Of a stretch of 38,974 nucleotides of DNA, positions 32,901 to 38,974 are shown in pieces (position 1 is the stretch's first letter; each line of letters opens with the position of its first letter). Origin of the DNA: an uncultured Candidatus Saccharibacteria bacterium. GTDB taxonomy: Bacteria; Patescibacteriota; Minisyncoccia; Phycocordibacterales; UBA1539. The DNA is taken from the NCBI GenBank assembly GCA_964430255.1, contig CAYSEK010000001.1, positions 1 to 38,974 of the forward strand, written 5' to 3'. The notes under the pieces were generated by a model. It was not told where the DNA came from and did not search any database. It was given only the letters and a program-made list of their open reading frames with translations. A program made the translations under genes and the position numbers.

Positions 32901-33780
32901 CTGTTTCCGGTTTAATAAATATGGGTAATTCTTTTTCATACATCCTGTCAAGACTTTGTAATGGGACCATTGGGCGATTAAAAAGAAAAGAAATCGCTGT
33001 GTACTCATCTGTAACGATAGAGTCCTGTTCAGGAAGAAATAAATCAATGCGAGGGCGTTCTACAGCGCGAAAATTTTGCTCAATGCGCTCGGAGCCATCT
33101 TCTGCGTCAAAGATAATCTTATAATTATTACCAATCTCCAACTCGTCTTTCAACTTAAATACGATATGATTCGATGAAAGCGTACGCGCAAAACGAGTCT
33201 TAATTGGTGGATCAAATGAAATATCACCCCGAGCGCCACTTTTTTCAATACCTTCCGGCAGGCGCACAATTATTGGACCATCAAAAGGAACGTTTTCGCG
33301 CGTGAGTGTGTATGTGTCGTTCAAGTCATTTGGTGAAAGATACACAGGTCTGGTAATATTCCATATATATGCAGTAAGTACAACGGTTAAAATACCACCC
33401 AAAACAATAAATGTATTTTTACGTGTGCGTGGATTAGTTTTAAAACTAATAAAATACTGACTAATTACACCGTAAATTTTTTGATACAGTACTACAAAGA
33501 ACCCGCTTATCTTTTTCAAATAAATACCGATAACAGTATTTATTTTTTCTAAATACGCCCCGCCCTTGCACGTTTTAACTTTACGTTCAATCCAGCCGTA
33601 AGCATTATATTTTCTAAATAAGTACGCAATTGATAAAATAAAGACAAGTAAAATAACATATTTTTGCGCATCCAACGAAGGAAAAGGTAATCTCTCCTTT
33701 TGATGCCACAGAGAAGCCCCTATCGCAACAAAACCAATCAGTAATGCTACTAAAATATTAATCTTATCTCTATTTTTCAT
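26902..33780 (-). CDS. Giant bacterial alpha-2-macroglobulin family protein with thioester motif and multi-TM N-terminal anchor
   Basis: 2292 aa. FPYGCSEQ thioester motif (CSEQ codons at 28540-28551). Long series of MG/Ig-like beta domains. About 3 TM helices in the first ~150 aa. Confidence 0.9.
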   Translation of the reverse strand: MKNRDKINILVALLIGFVAIGASLWHQKERLPFPSLDAQKYVILLVFILSIAYLFRKYNAYGWIERKVKTCKGGAYLEKINTVIGIYLKKISGFFVVLYQKIYGVISQYFISFKTNPRTRKNTFIVLGGILTVVLTAYIWNITRPVYLSPNDLNDTYTLTRENVPFDGPIIVRLPEGIEKSGARGDISFDPPIKTRFARTLSSNHIVFKLKDELEIGNNYKIIFDAEDGSERIEQNFRAVERPRIDLFLPEQDSIVTDEYTAISFLFNRPMVPLQSLDRMYEKELPIFIKPETEGHFKWVSERYLQFIPEEHLQRSSKYSVTVGESFMSVDGLQVAPDTYTFTVLPLVKTYSSIRTLAYDVPIRISFNQPVDIERMQIEVLQKKEKGSDERVEVDIEYASRLTYNPKLKQKERIFDRSSVVISPKSDDLGRAGFWDFDTQYEYELSEIYPLEGDIFIDEPIKGSISINKFVRSMRAVSKRSTFVSHELFDPQGELRFNLYEEIDIEKSIVSGKGVKNIEYEMRCVKEERNLGKDVCKKEKMYDTILVSFDDSVFSKGEVFDVIFERAVTRRGIDLLIEPQIVTLTTIPKLEITKITPEDGDKKASVSTLMLCSTVPLKRYDEEDYASVFKSDKKIKFNSWQRSQKVPGSYRGRNGSCGEGEYMTNIYYSLMAETSYDISLRVDDQFGGSAQRSVSFITQSFKKDSGKTKPVLLFGTMNRKYSVTVPQKTKFTLFTENFKEIEVSICKLSPSDMISAGRYANQRDELPFKCLSKKTLSVDFPKEKFKRHYFTVDLKDYFADTRGHYAISFTHPDYVYEKYIDRKKIETQRYDHIFTSVTNISLVEKKTNRVDLARSHRQKNSLQTNLLEKNNMPTNLYWAADISTLDPIKNATVFVYQNKSSQQKPNNVVFATSTKTNFEGIARSPIIIDVAGAYVVSGDETAIVSNWADTLNRSSQAYEFEKTYLYTDRPIYRPGHEVFIKGLHRIGYDGDFEVLAGRKIKVEVRNSRGDIIKKTDVQLNDYGTFDISFKLKKDAPLGTYSVRGARGMTRFDVEEFVRSPFKVEIASEEDEYTSGDIAEIRIDAKHFFGVPIQKGEVSYSIMSQDYFFDRSKDKRFRFDSNWYGCRSCSYGDKFIARGKAELKNGQVTISQETNFETLFEKDEKARRKSKIFVIRAVVKDSQGRSVSGQTSFIVHSAQYYTSVRFTKPFVEENKTVPFEVKTVNTKGYGVAKSGITLRAERVEWQKYRRQEVDGEFYYKWEEVRTPTHDILINTNTQGDYVGSIAFPSAGQYEITLSGKDARGNALWSQRTLYVYGDDVVSVKPSNDRTLDIAVEQKDYDVGDAPKIIIQSPYQKAKALVTVERGTVMDYEVIDVERSFFDYDFRIRDEHIPNVVVSVVLLSPEPEIKYGEVRLNINRKNKELNINVLSNKQSYIPGERVTLDIYTTSRAGAPMPAEVSVAVVDMSVLALKGNPVRKPLEFFYSGLPHGVITSSNLKHVHEEIEIPTGTKGGGGSVSDLEKKKRGIFKDTAFWSAKVLTGANGYGTITFTLPDNLTKWRIETIGITKDTKVGVDYLEFEEKKKIMTLPLLPRFIIPGDEFEIGALVMNQTRQAQNISVSFESDTLEMIGKARSVHYIPSGSSKTVYAKVRAPLGKEAGTHTVLLSAKGFGFEDTVEKIIPITENTTYETVSLASFADGDTATAQIYTPENIHANAGGLKIRANSTVAAFLEDSLNYMIAFPYGCSEQLASKISTLATVVAAANIENIGKEFAIDTIEFRGVLYTVDEAIETGLARIYETQTSSGGFAYYNGLEPNFSLSLHILSVFEELRTAGVGINQSSYDAVLAYVLKESKKIKVDKSQYKKNIYALDNLLAATYPLTNIDPTPKSVNRQISAIRAGITKKNLKNISSTGLGYAALLSDRLRFWDRRNVWKEIDRRLGLDVDGVFVKSNRENIQKDYYETGVKNTALVLQAIMKQKKPHKEYKNILKWLLAQRYQNGAWINTNTTQVMVQTLSQYITWKDEQNADYELNISLNEEPVGKYDTQKDSRIYGFETNISFEDLGLGEKKDIFFQRVARGDRADTFYYDISMKYYLDRDIVPARDEGVRIDRQFYSINDTARTEPLREAKVGDVVVGRIVFNSTKTMHLFGLEDVLPAGLEPINFTLATEDKIALDSAIDSTQYEPEEPVNVSLFMKTQQFKDMEEVEVYKDSRNKKGVTTNVYNKTYRPNFKEFHDDRIFLFSEKLSPGLYVYEYYARALVPGVFQHLPASASELYNPEFFGRTSGRTFIINK

Positions 33781-33902
33781 AATTTTGTAATTTATATATG
33801 ATTACCTTATTACACACAAGTATAACTTATAAGCTCCGCAAACCAAAACTTATAAATTGAATGGGTATTTTACAAAAGTTCCGTAATGTCAAAATTAACA
33901 AG

Positions 33903-33932
33903 AAAACGGTCGACAATATTGTCGACCGTTTT
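33903..33932. terminator. Bidirectional hairpin terminator
   Basis: 12-bp stem aaaacggtcgac / gtcgaccgtttt around aatatt. Confidence 0.6.
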
Positions 33933-34090
33933 ACGCATACACATTACTGAACGAATTCAAGTAATTCCTGCGTTCCTTCATTTGATTTCATTCCGTCTCT
34001 CGTTATTTCATAAGGAGAAGGTATATTGGCAGGAAATATTTCAGTAATGCCATTTTCATCGATGTATTCATACTGGTTAACCGCAATATC

Positions 34091-34119
34091 CCTCTTTTTT
34101 TAAAGAACTAATTTACAAG
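34091..34119 (-). repeat. Leader module, partial copy C (matches 34893..34927)
   Basis: cctctttttttaaagaactaatttacaag versus cctctttttaatttttgaaagaactaatttacaag. Confidence 0.65.
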
Positions 34120-34172
34120 ACAACCTTGCCCTGCTCGACACACATTATTGCGTGCCGAGTTGGAAAATGTTG

Positions 34173-34814
34173 CTAGTCTATGAAGCGGAAAGACTTGAGA
34201 AATATTTTCGGATAATCTTCACCGAGCTGTTTTAAAAGGACGAGTTTCTCTTTGTATGGCCATGACATTTCTTCTGGATTAATATTTGAAGCTGAGTAAT
34301 CTTCGGCTCTAATAGAGTAAACATATTGACCACGCGGAATAACGACTGATAAAGTTATAATATTTCTTTCAATGTGCCTCGAGATTATCTCAATCGCAGA
34401 ATATCCACCATAAAGAATCTCTCTCTTCTCAACATCATAACGTTCATCATCTGAAGTAGTTGCAAGGATTTTTACAAGTTGTTCTGAAGAAGTATCCGTC
34501 GCATTACTACGACTCACGCTCCATATTGACCCACCAGGATTACTCTCCCAAGGATCAAATCCAATACGCGGTGAGTTTTTGAGCTTAGGATTATTTTTTT
34601 GATAATCTCGTGTAAACCACCCCTCCGGATACTGTACCTCAAACCCGAGCTCTTCGTTCCGATACATCTGCCACCCCGCAATTTCTTCCGTCACCTCTGC
34701 AGGAACTTCAACAGGAGAAACTTCACTTGGTTTCTTGTTCGCAACAGACACAAAAATAATCACAACGATGGCGACAATGGCTATTAGTATAAATACGATA
34801 ATATTCTTTTTCAT
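34173..34814 (-). CDS. Hypothetical membrane-anchored extracytoplasmic protein, paralog of 18046..18756
   Basis: Start at ATG 34814 (MKKNIIVFILIAIVAIVVIIF...). Motif AGWQMYRNEELGFEVQYPEGW. C-terminal FRFID. Confidence 0.75.
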   Translation of the reverse strand: MKKNIIVFILIAIVAIVVIIFVSVANKKPSEVSPVEVPAEVTEEIAGWQMYRNEELGFEVQYPEGWFTRDYQKNNPKLKNSPRIGFDPWESNPGGSIWSVSRSNATDTSSEQLVKILATTSDDERYDVEKREILYGGYSAIEIISRHIERNIITLSVVIPRGQYVYSIRAEDYSASNINPEEMSWPYKEKLVLLKQLGEDYPKIFLKSFRFID

Positions 34815-34870
34815 AATTACAGATATGTTATCGCGAAACACTGTTTTTGCGAATTTTTTACATAACAAAA

Positions 34871-34927
34871 TTTCTAATTTTCATCAGTCATACCTCTTTT
34901 TAATTTTTGAAAGAACTAATTTACAAG
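34871..34927 (-). repeat. Leader module copy B (composite of A and C) carrying a decapitated MKIRN start
   Basis: Minus strand ...cttgtaaattagttctttcaaaaattaaaaagaggtatgactgATGaaaattagaaattttgttatgTAA. An 8-codon relic ORF whose first 5 codons equal those of the M23 peptidase gene. Confidence 0.75.
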
Positions 34928-35023
34928 TATAAATAGATAATAAATAGGGTCAGGACCCATTCTTCAAGATAATTAAATTACAGAAACCTATATTTTACAT
35001 GATATTTTTAGTAAGATGATGTA

Positions 35024-37135
35024 ATGAAATATATCTTGCGAAGCATGTTTAAAAAAACAACAAAAAAACACGTACTAGTGTTAAGTGTAATTTTAATACT
35101 CGGCATATGGCTATACACAGCACATTTGACACTCTTGCTGCAGGGAAAATATAGGGGGCAAGAATCTGCCACAATTATTGACCGCAACGGCATGGTAATT
35201 AAGGCACAACCAAACTCGCGCGGACATTATGCTATACACTCGAAAAATTACCCCACCGAGCTGAAAGAATTTGTAATACGAAAAGAAGACCGATTTTTCT
35301 TTTACCATCCGGGAATAAATCCAATAAGTATTGCACGTGCTCTACTTCACAAAGCAACAAAAAATACGGCTGGCGGATCAAGTACGATTACACAACAACT
35401 TGCCAAAATCTTACTTGAGAATGAAGCAAGCCGCACGATAAAAAATAAACTTATTGAATTAATGTACACATTTGCTCTAGAACTCCACCTTTCCAAGGAG
35501 GAAATTCTAAACATGTACATGAGTAGCGTTTATTTAGGCAACCAAGCGCAAGGATTTGCAGAGGCAAGTCTGGTGTATTTTGACAAACAAACAAGTGAGC
35601 TCACAGAAAGCGAAATTATTTCATTGCTTGCCACAATCAGCAGCCCTTCCGTGCAAAATCCATGGAAAGAAAAAAATGAACTTGAAGCTGCAAAGATAGC
35701 AAAACGATTTAAAGTTTACCCTGAAAATCCCGCTCGTTCATCAAAAATACATGCTTATAACAGTGCAACCTCTTTTGAATTAACATCTCTTCAGATACCA
35801 AACTGCAAAAACTCATGCCAGACCACACTTGATACTATCATTACTGAGCGTTTACGAACTATGCTCGGAGAAATTATCAATGACATCTCCGACCGCGGTG
35901 CCACACACGGAGCAATTGTGGTAATCAGCGTACCGGAAAATGAAATCATTGCACTTGTTGGATCACCTTTCCCTTACAAAGCATACGATGAGTATCAAAT
36001 AAATATGGCTCTCAAACCACGCCCCATTGGCTCCACGATAAAGCCATTTATATACGCAAAAGGATTTGAAATGGGACTGCGTCCGTACACAAAAGTGCTG
36101 GACCGAGAATATAAATATCCAGTTATCAGCGGGTTTCCTATTTACCCGAAAAATTTTGACGGACAATATCAAGGCGAAGTATCTCTACACAAAGCTCTTT
36201 CAAACAGCTTGAATGTTCCTACTGTAAAAGTGCTTGAATATGTCGGGCTTAATAATTTTTATGAATTTCTTTTAGACCGCTTGGACTTTGAACCAATTGT
36301 TGATATTGATACTTATGCGTTTGGCATCGCACTCGGTGGACTTGAGATGGACTTGCTCACTCTTTCTCATTATTTCACCATCTTTCCAAACGAAGGAGAA
36401 TTTAAACCAATTTCTATTATTAAAGACAACGAAAGTAATACAAACACAAAAATAACGCCACAATCCTCAATCAATAAAACACAAAAAGTGTTTGATAAAA
36501 CTCAAACACAACTCATTACAAAAATACTCTCCGACCGTAACAGTGGCGTGGAGCAATTCGGTATGAAAAGTAATTTAAATCTGCCATACACAAATTATGC
36601 GGTAAAAACAGGAACCTCGCGCGATTTTCACGACAGCTGGACTATCGGTTACACGCCTGATTTTGTTGTTGGGGTTTGGATTGGGAATGCAGTAAATAAA
36701 CCATTACAAAATATTTCAGGACTTGGGGGTGCCGGACGTGTTTGGAAACACGCAATGGATATCTTGCTTAATTCTTCATACAACAAAAATACAGATTTTT
36801 CTTTTGATGAAATTACTGAGTATAATGAAGAAGGAACGTTAGTCTATGGACTGAAAAACGACAATTACAAACGAGCAAAAAATCTCCTAAAAGACACTGC
36901 TCTTATTCTGTCCCCGCACGATGGTGACAGAATTCTTTTTACCCCCGACACAATCATTCCTTTTTCAAGCACAAAACAAGTAAAATGGGCTGTAAATGGA
37001 CATACGATAGGCATCAGTCAACAGTTGGCATGGAAACCGGACGCCCCCGGCACATACACCATCACCGCGCACGCAAACCAATCATCCGAACGCATTGTTG
37101 TAACTATCACAAAAGATGAAAATAAAAGGCATTAA
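35024..37135 (+). CDS. pbpC: Bifunctional penicillin-binding protein, PBP1C type (GT51 glycosyltransferase + transpeptidase + BiPBP_C-like C-terminal domain)
   Basis: 703 aa. TM anchor. GT51 motifs RKEDRFFFYHPGINP and GGSTITQQLAK. Transpeptidase motifs STIKPF (SxxK), SNS and KTGTS. The C-terminal ~90 aa (KWAVNGHTIG...WKPDAPGTYTITA) resembles the PbpC C-terminal domain. Confidence 0.85.
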   Translation: MKYILRSMFKKTTKKHVLVLSVILILGIWLYTAHLTLLLQGKYRGQESATIIDRNGMVIKAQPNSRGHYAIHSKNYPTELKEFVIRKEDRFFFYHPGINPISIARALLHKATKNTAGGSSTITQQLAKILLENEASRTIKNKLIELMYTFALELHLSKEEILNMYMSSVYLGNQAQGFAEASLVYFDKQTSELTESEIISLLATISSPSVQNPWKEKNELEAAKIAKRFKVYPENPARSSKIHAYNSATSFELTSLQIPNCKNSCQTTLDTIITERLRTMLGEIINDISDRGATHGAIVVISVPENEIIALVGSPFPYKAYDEYQINMALKPRPIGSTIKPFIYAKGFEMGLRPYTKVLDREYKYPVISGFPIYPKNFDGQYQGEVSLHKALSNSLNVPTVKVLEYVGLNNFYEFLLDRLDFEPIVDIDTYAFGIALGGLEMDLLTLSHYFTIFPNEGEFKPISIIKDNESNTNTKITPQSSINKTQKVFDKTQTQLITKILSDRNSGVEQFGMKSNLNLPYTNYAVKTGTSRDFHDSWTIGYTPDFVVGVWIGNAVNKPLQNISGLGGAGRVWKHAMDILLNSSYNKNTDFSFDEITEYNEEGTLVYGLKNDNYKRAKNLLKDTALILSPHDGDRILFTPDTIIPFSSTKQVKWAVNGHTIGISQQLAWKPDAPGTYTITAHANQSSERIVVTITKDENKRH

Positions 37136-37257
37136 ATTTTTTGTTGCATTTCAATTCCATTTAAAATCTATTATTATATTTTAAAATTCATTTAAATAAA
37201 CTTGTTACAATTTTACATTAATAAGTTCCAATCTAATAATCTCATCGGGTGTAGTGC

Positions 37258-37719
37258 TTATGACTCTCTTGCGAAATATTGATGCAGACCACAGTAAACT
37301 CCGTATCCAACAATAACACCGAGTACATTCAGTATTATATCATCAATATCAAACACCCCCACTCGCAGTAAGACTTGTGCACTTTCCAGTGCCACGCTAA
37401 TAACAAAAGCGACGGCTAAGATATGTTTCCATGTCAACAAGTGGTGATAGAAAAGCGATGCGAAGAAGCCAAGCGGAATAAACGGTGCAATGTTTCCTAT
37501 GAGATTGTTCTTTGCGACAATCCAAGTTGGGTTTCCACTAAGATAGTACACAATGGTCTTGAAAGGTATATAGTTTCCATTGGCAAGTTGCTGCCACACA
37601 TTTACCTCGTGTAGTCGCGAAAGAAGCGACATACCTATTGAATATTTAAAAACAATTACCTTCGTGAGCAAAATAAGATATACGACAAAAAGAGTGACCA
37701 TGAGATATTTCTTTTTCAT
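37258..37719 (-). CDS. VanZ-family membrane protein
   Basis: 153 aa with 4 TM helices. Motifs NYIPFKTI, NLIGNIAPFIPLGFF and FDIDDIILNVLGVIVGY, typical of VanZ. Confidence 0.8.
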   Translation of the reverse strand: MKKKYLMVTLFVVYLILLTKVIVFKYSIGMSLLSRLHEVNVWQQLANGNYIPFKTIVYYLSGNPTWIVAKNNLIGNIAPFIPLGFFASLFYHHLLTWKHILAVAFVISVALESAQVLLRVGVFDIDDIILNVLGVIVGYGVYCGLHQYFARES

Positions 37720-37729
37720 ATTCTCTTGA

Positions 37730-38632
37730 TTATTTTTTATCTAAATCATTAGGCAGTTGTATCAAAAATTCTTTTGCGGATTTGGAACACCCCTCAAAAT
37801 CAGTTTCTGGCTCATATGGCAATACAAAACCTCCAACCATAACTATTCCTTCTTCCGGCACACGCACTGAATCATCGACACCAAGAGGTATTTCAATAAA
37901 CGAACAAAGTGCTTTTAATGTGCTCTTATCGTAATAAAGTGGAATCGTGTTGTTGTAACTAAAAATATACCCACTTGAGGTAATACCTACTTGAATAAAC
38001 GGAGGCAGATCCATTTCCAATCCGTTCGGAACCGTAAATTGCTTATCATCCCATCGAAAAAAATAATTACCGCCTTTGTTTCCTGACTCAGACAAGAGGT
38101 TTGATAAAATCCTATGCCGAGTCCACGTAAAGTCCGGCATAACTTTCTCTACAAATTGTCTGGCGATTTTCTCAAGTTCATCGGCGGATTTTTTGTCGCC
38201 GACATATACGGGCTCACGATGCATAGCCACTACACTATTTGTAGTAATATCAACTTCTGAAGAATAACTTTCAGGGAAAAGTTCATTGGCTGCAATACTT
38301 TGAAATATTACCATCTGCTCTTCCATAATATCCTCAGACCTAATCCCATCGCTTTGTGAAATACCGAAGTTTGCAGACCTTCCATTTATTTCCACAATTT
38401 CGAATTTGGAAACACCGAGGGATTTGATACCGGACACACTATCAGCAACCGCCACAAGAGAATACAGAGCTTCAGTGGCTTTTGCTTTGACTGCTTCCTG
38501 TTTTTCTCCCATGGCGCGAATTTCATTATTTATTTTTCTTTCTGGATTCAGAAACCAAACTGAAAGAATAATAGTTATTACTAGAACAATCCCCACAATC
38601 CCAAAAATTAAAATTTTACCGAATTTTGTCAT
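37730..38632 (-). CDS. Hypothetical N-terminally membrane-anchored protein
   Basis: 300-aa ORF with TM ILIFGIVGIVLVITIILSVWF. 10-nt gap to vanZ and 9-nt gap to the upstream gene. Confidence 0.7.
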   Translation of the reverse strand: MTKFGKILIFGIVGIVLVITIILSVWFLNPERKINNEIRAMGEKQEAVKAKATEALYSLVAVADSVSGIKSLGVSKFEIVEINGRSANFGISQSDGIRSEDIMEEQMVIFQSIAANELFPESYSSEVDITTNSVVAMHREPVYVGDKKSADELEKIARQFVEKVMPDFTWTRHRILSNLLSESGNKGGNYFFRWDDKQFTVPNGLEMDLPPFIQVGITSSGYIFSYNNTIPLYYDKSTLKALCSFIEIPLGVDDSVRVPEEGIVMVGGFVLPYEPETDFEGCSKSAKEFLIQLPNDLDKK

Positions 38633-38641
38633 TTTATTTTC

Positions 38642-38923
38642 TTAATAATTTCCATAATAATATTTTGCGGTTGCCAGCGGAACACCGGCAACGGTCAGAA
38701 ACGGTATGATTGACAGAGCCCGCAACGTAAACCCACGCCGAGTACAATGTTCTGGATCTGTGTTGGTAAAAAAACCACCCATCCCCATATTTTTTGACGT
38801 ATCTGGATAAACACACTCAAAAACTTTAAGCTCTTGCACATAAAAATACACACCCATGATAAAGCCGAGTAAAAAATATATACCTACTATAATGATTGCA
38901 ATTTTCTTAATTATTTTATTCAT
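38642..38923 (-). CDS. Hypothetical small two-TM membrane protein
   Basis: 93-aa ORF. Its ATG overlaps the stop of the upstream partial ORF (TAATG). Confidence 0.6.
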   Translation of the reverse strand: MNKIIKKIAIIIVGIYFLLGFIMGVYFYVQELKVFECVYPDTSKNMGMGGFFTNTDPEHCTRRGFTLRALSIIPFLTVAGVPLATAKYYYGNY

Positions 38924-38974
38924 TATCTAAAAGGTGGTGGAGGTGGTGCAAAACGCGGTGATTCTTTTATACAC
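38923..38974 (-). CDS. 3' end of a gene continuing beyond the window (ends ...PRFAPPPPPFR*)
   Basis: Open frame to the window edge. Its stop TAA overlaps the ATG of the next gene by 1 nt. Too short to assign. Confidence 0.3.
   Translation of the reverse strand, partial: CIKESPRFAPPPPPFR

Noticed and set aside
33944-34084. Short open frame downstream of leader-module copy C (…YEYIDENGITEIFPANIPSPYEITRDGMKSNEGTQELLEFVQ*)
   Set aside because: There is no canonical start codon at a sensible distance from the GAGGG. Another frame reads like a truncated signal peptide (MKMALLKYFLPIYLLL). It is most likely a decayed gene remnant, so it is mentioned only under the leader-module finding.
1-38974. 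Alternative genetic code (UGA recoding as in some CPR lineages)
   Set aside because: Very long uninterrupted ORFs (2292, 1222 and 1052 aa) are obtained with the standard code. TGA also functions as a stop, for example at 21239-21241 in an ATGA overlap.

Overview
This is a 38.97-kb AT-rich bacterial chromosome segment that reads in the standard genetic code. It looks like a small-genome Patescibacteria/CPR-type organism. That is inference from compact RpoB/RpoC, the absence of rimM, rplS and rplKAJL next to their usual partners, and many short membrane-anchored orphan proteins.

Backbone genes:
- An uninterrupted minus-strand block rpoB-rpoC-dnaG-rpoD (3.5-13.5 kb).
- uppP, rnr and murD.
- A fragmented rpsP / KH-protein / trmD operon.
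- An envelope gene set: a secreted M23 peptidase, a VanX-like M15 dipeptidase, a 2292-aa thioester alpha-2-macroglobulin close to a PBP1C-type bifunctional PBP, and VanZ.

Accessory content:
- An ABC-F ATPase, an NTF2-like protein and a 223-aa helical orphan.
- Two tandem RHH/MazF toxin-antitoxin modules.
- An orphan ClpP-like protein.
- A small-membrane-protein + bPH_2 pair.
- Two possible IS3-family end relics.

Strongest candidate for something undescribed: two cargo cassettes without any integrase. One is the 3-kb ABC-F cassette and the other is a 0.8-kb MazEF cassette. Each is bracketed by a diverged direct repeat made of the 3' end of a housekeeping gene (rpoD, trmD) plus its downstream hairpin. 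Divergence between the repeat copies is almost entirely synonymous or conservative. This is the att-like signature of elements that target and replace gene 3' ends.

Other notable points:
- Many near-consensus promoters sit 6-9 nt from start codons, suggesting leaderless-type mRNAs.
- Strong AGGAG ribosome-binding sites occur only on genes that look acquired.
- A promoter/leader module is shared by unrelated envelope genes.
- rpoD has a lysine-rich N-terminal tail.
- Ribosomal protein S16 has an acidic tail flanked by a relic duplication.

All calls come from reading the sequence and the ORF track by eye. No database search was run.
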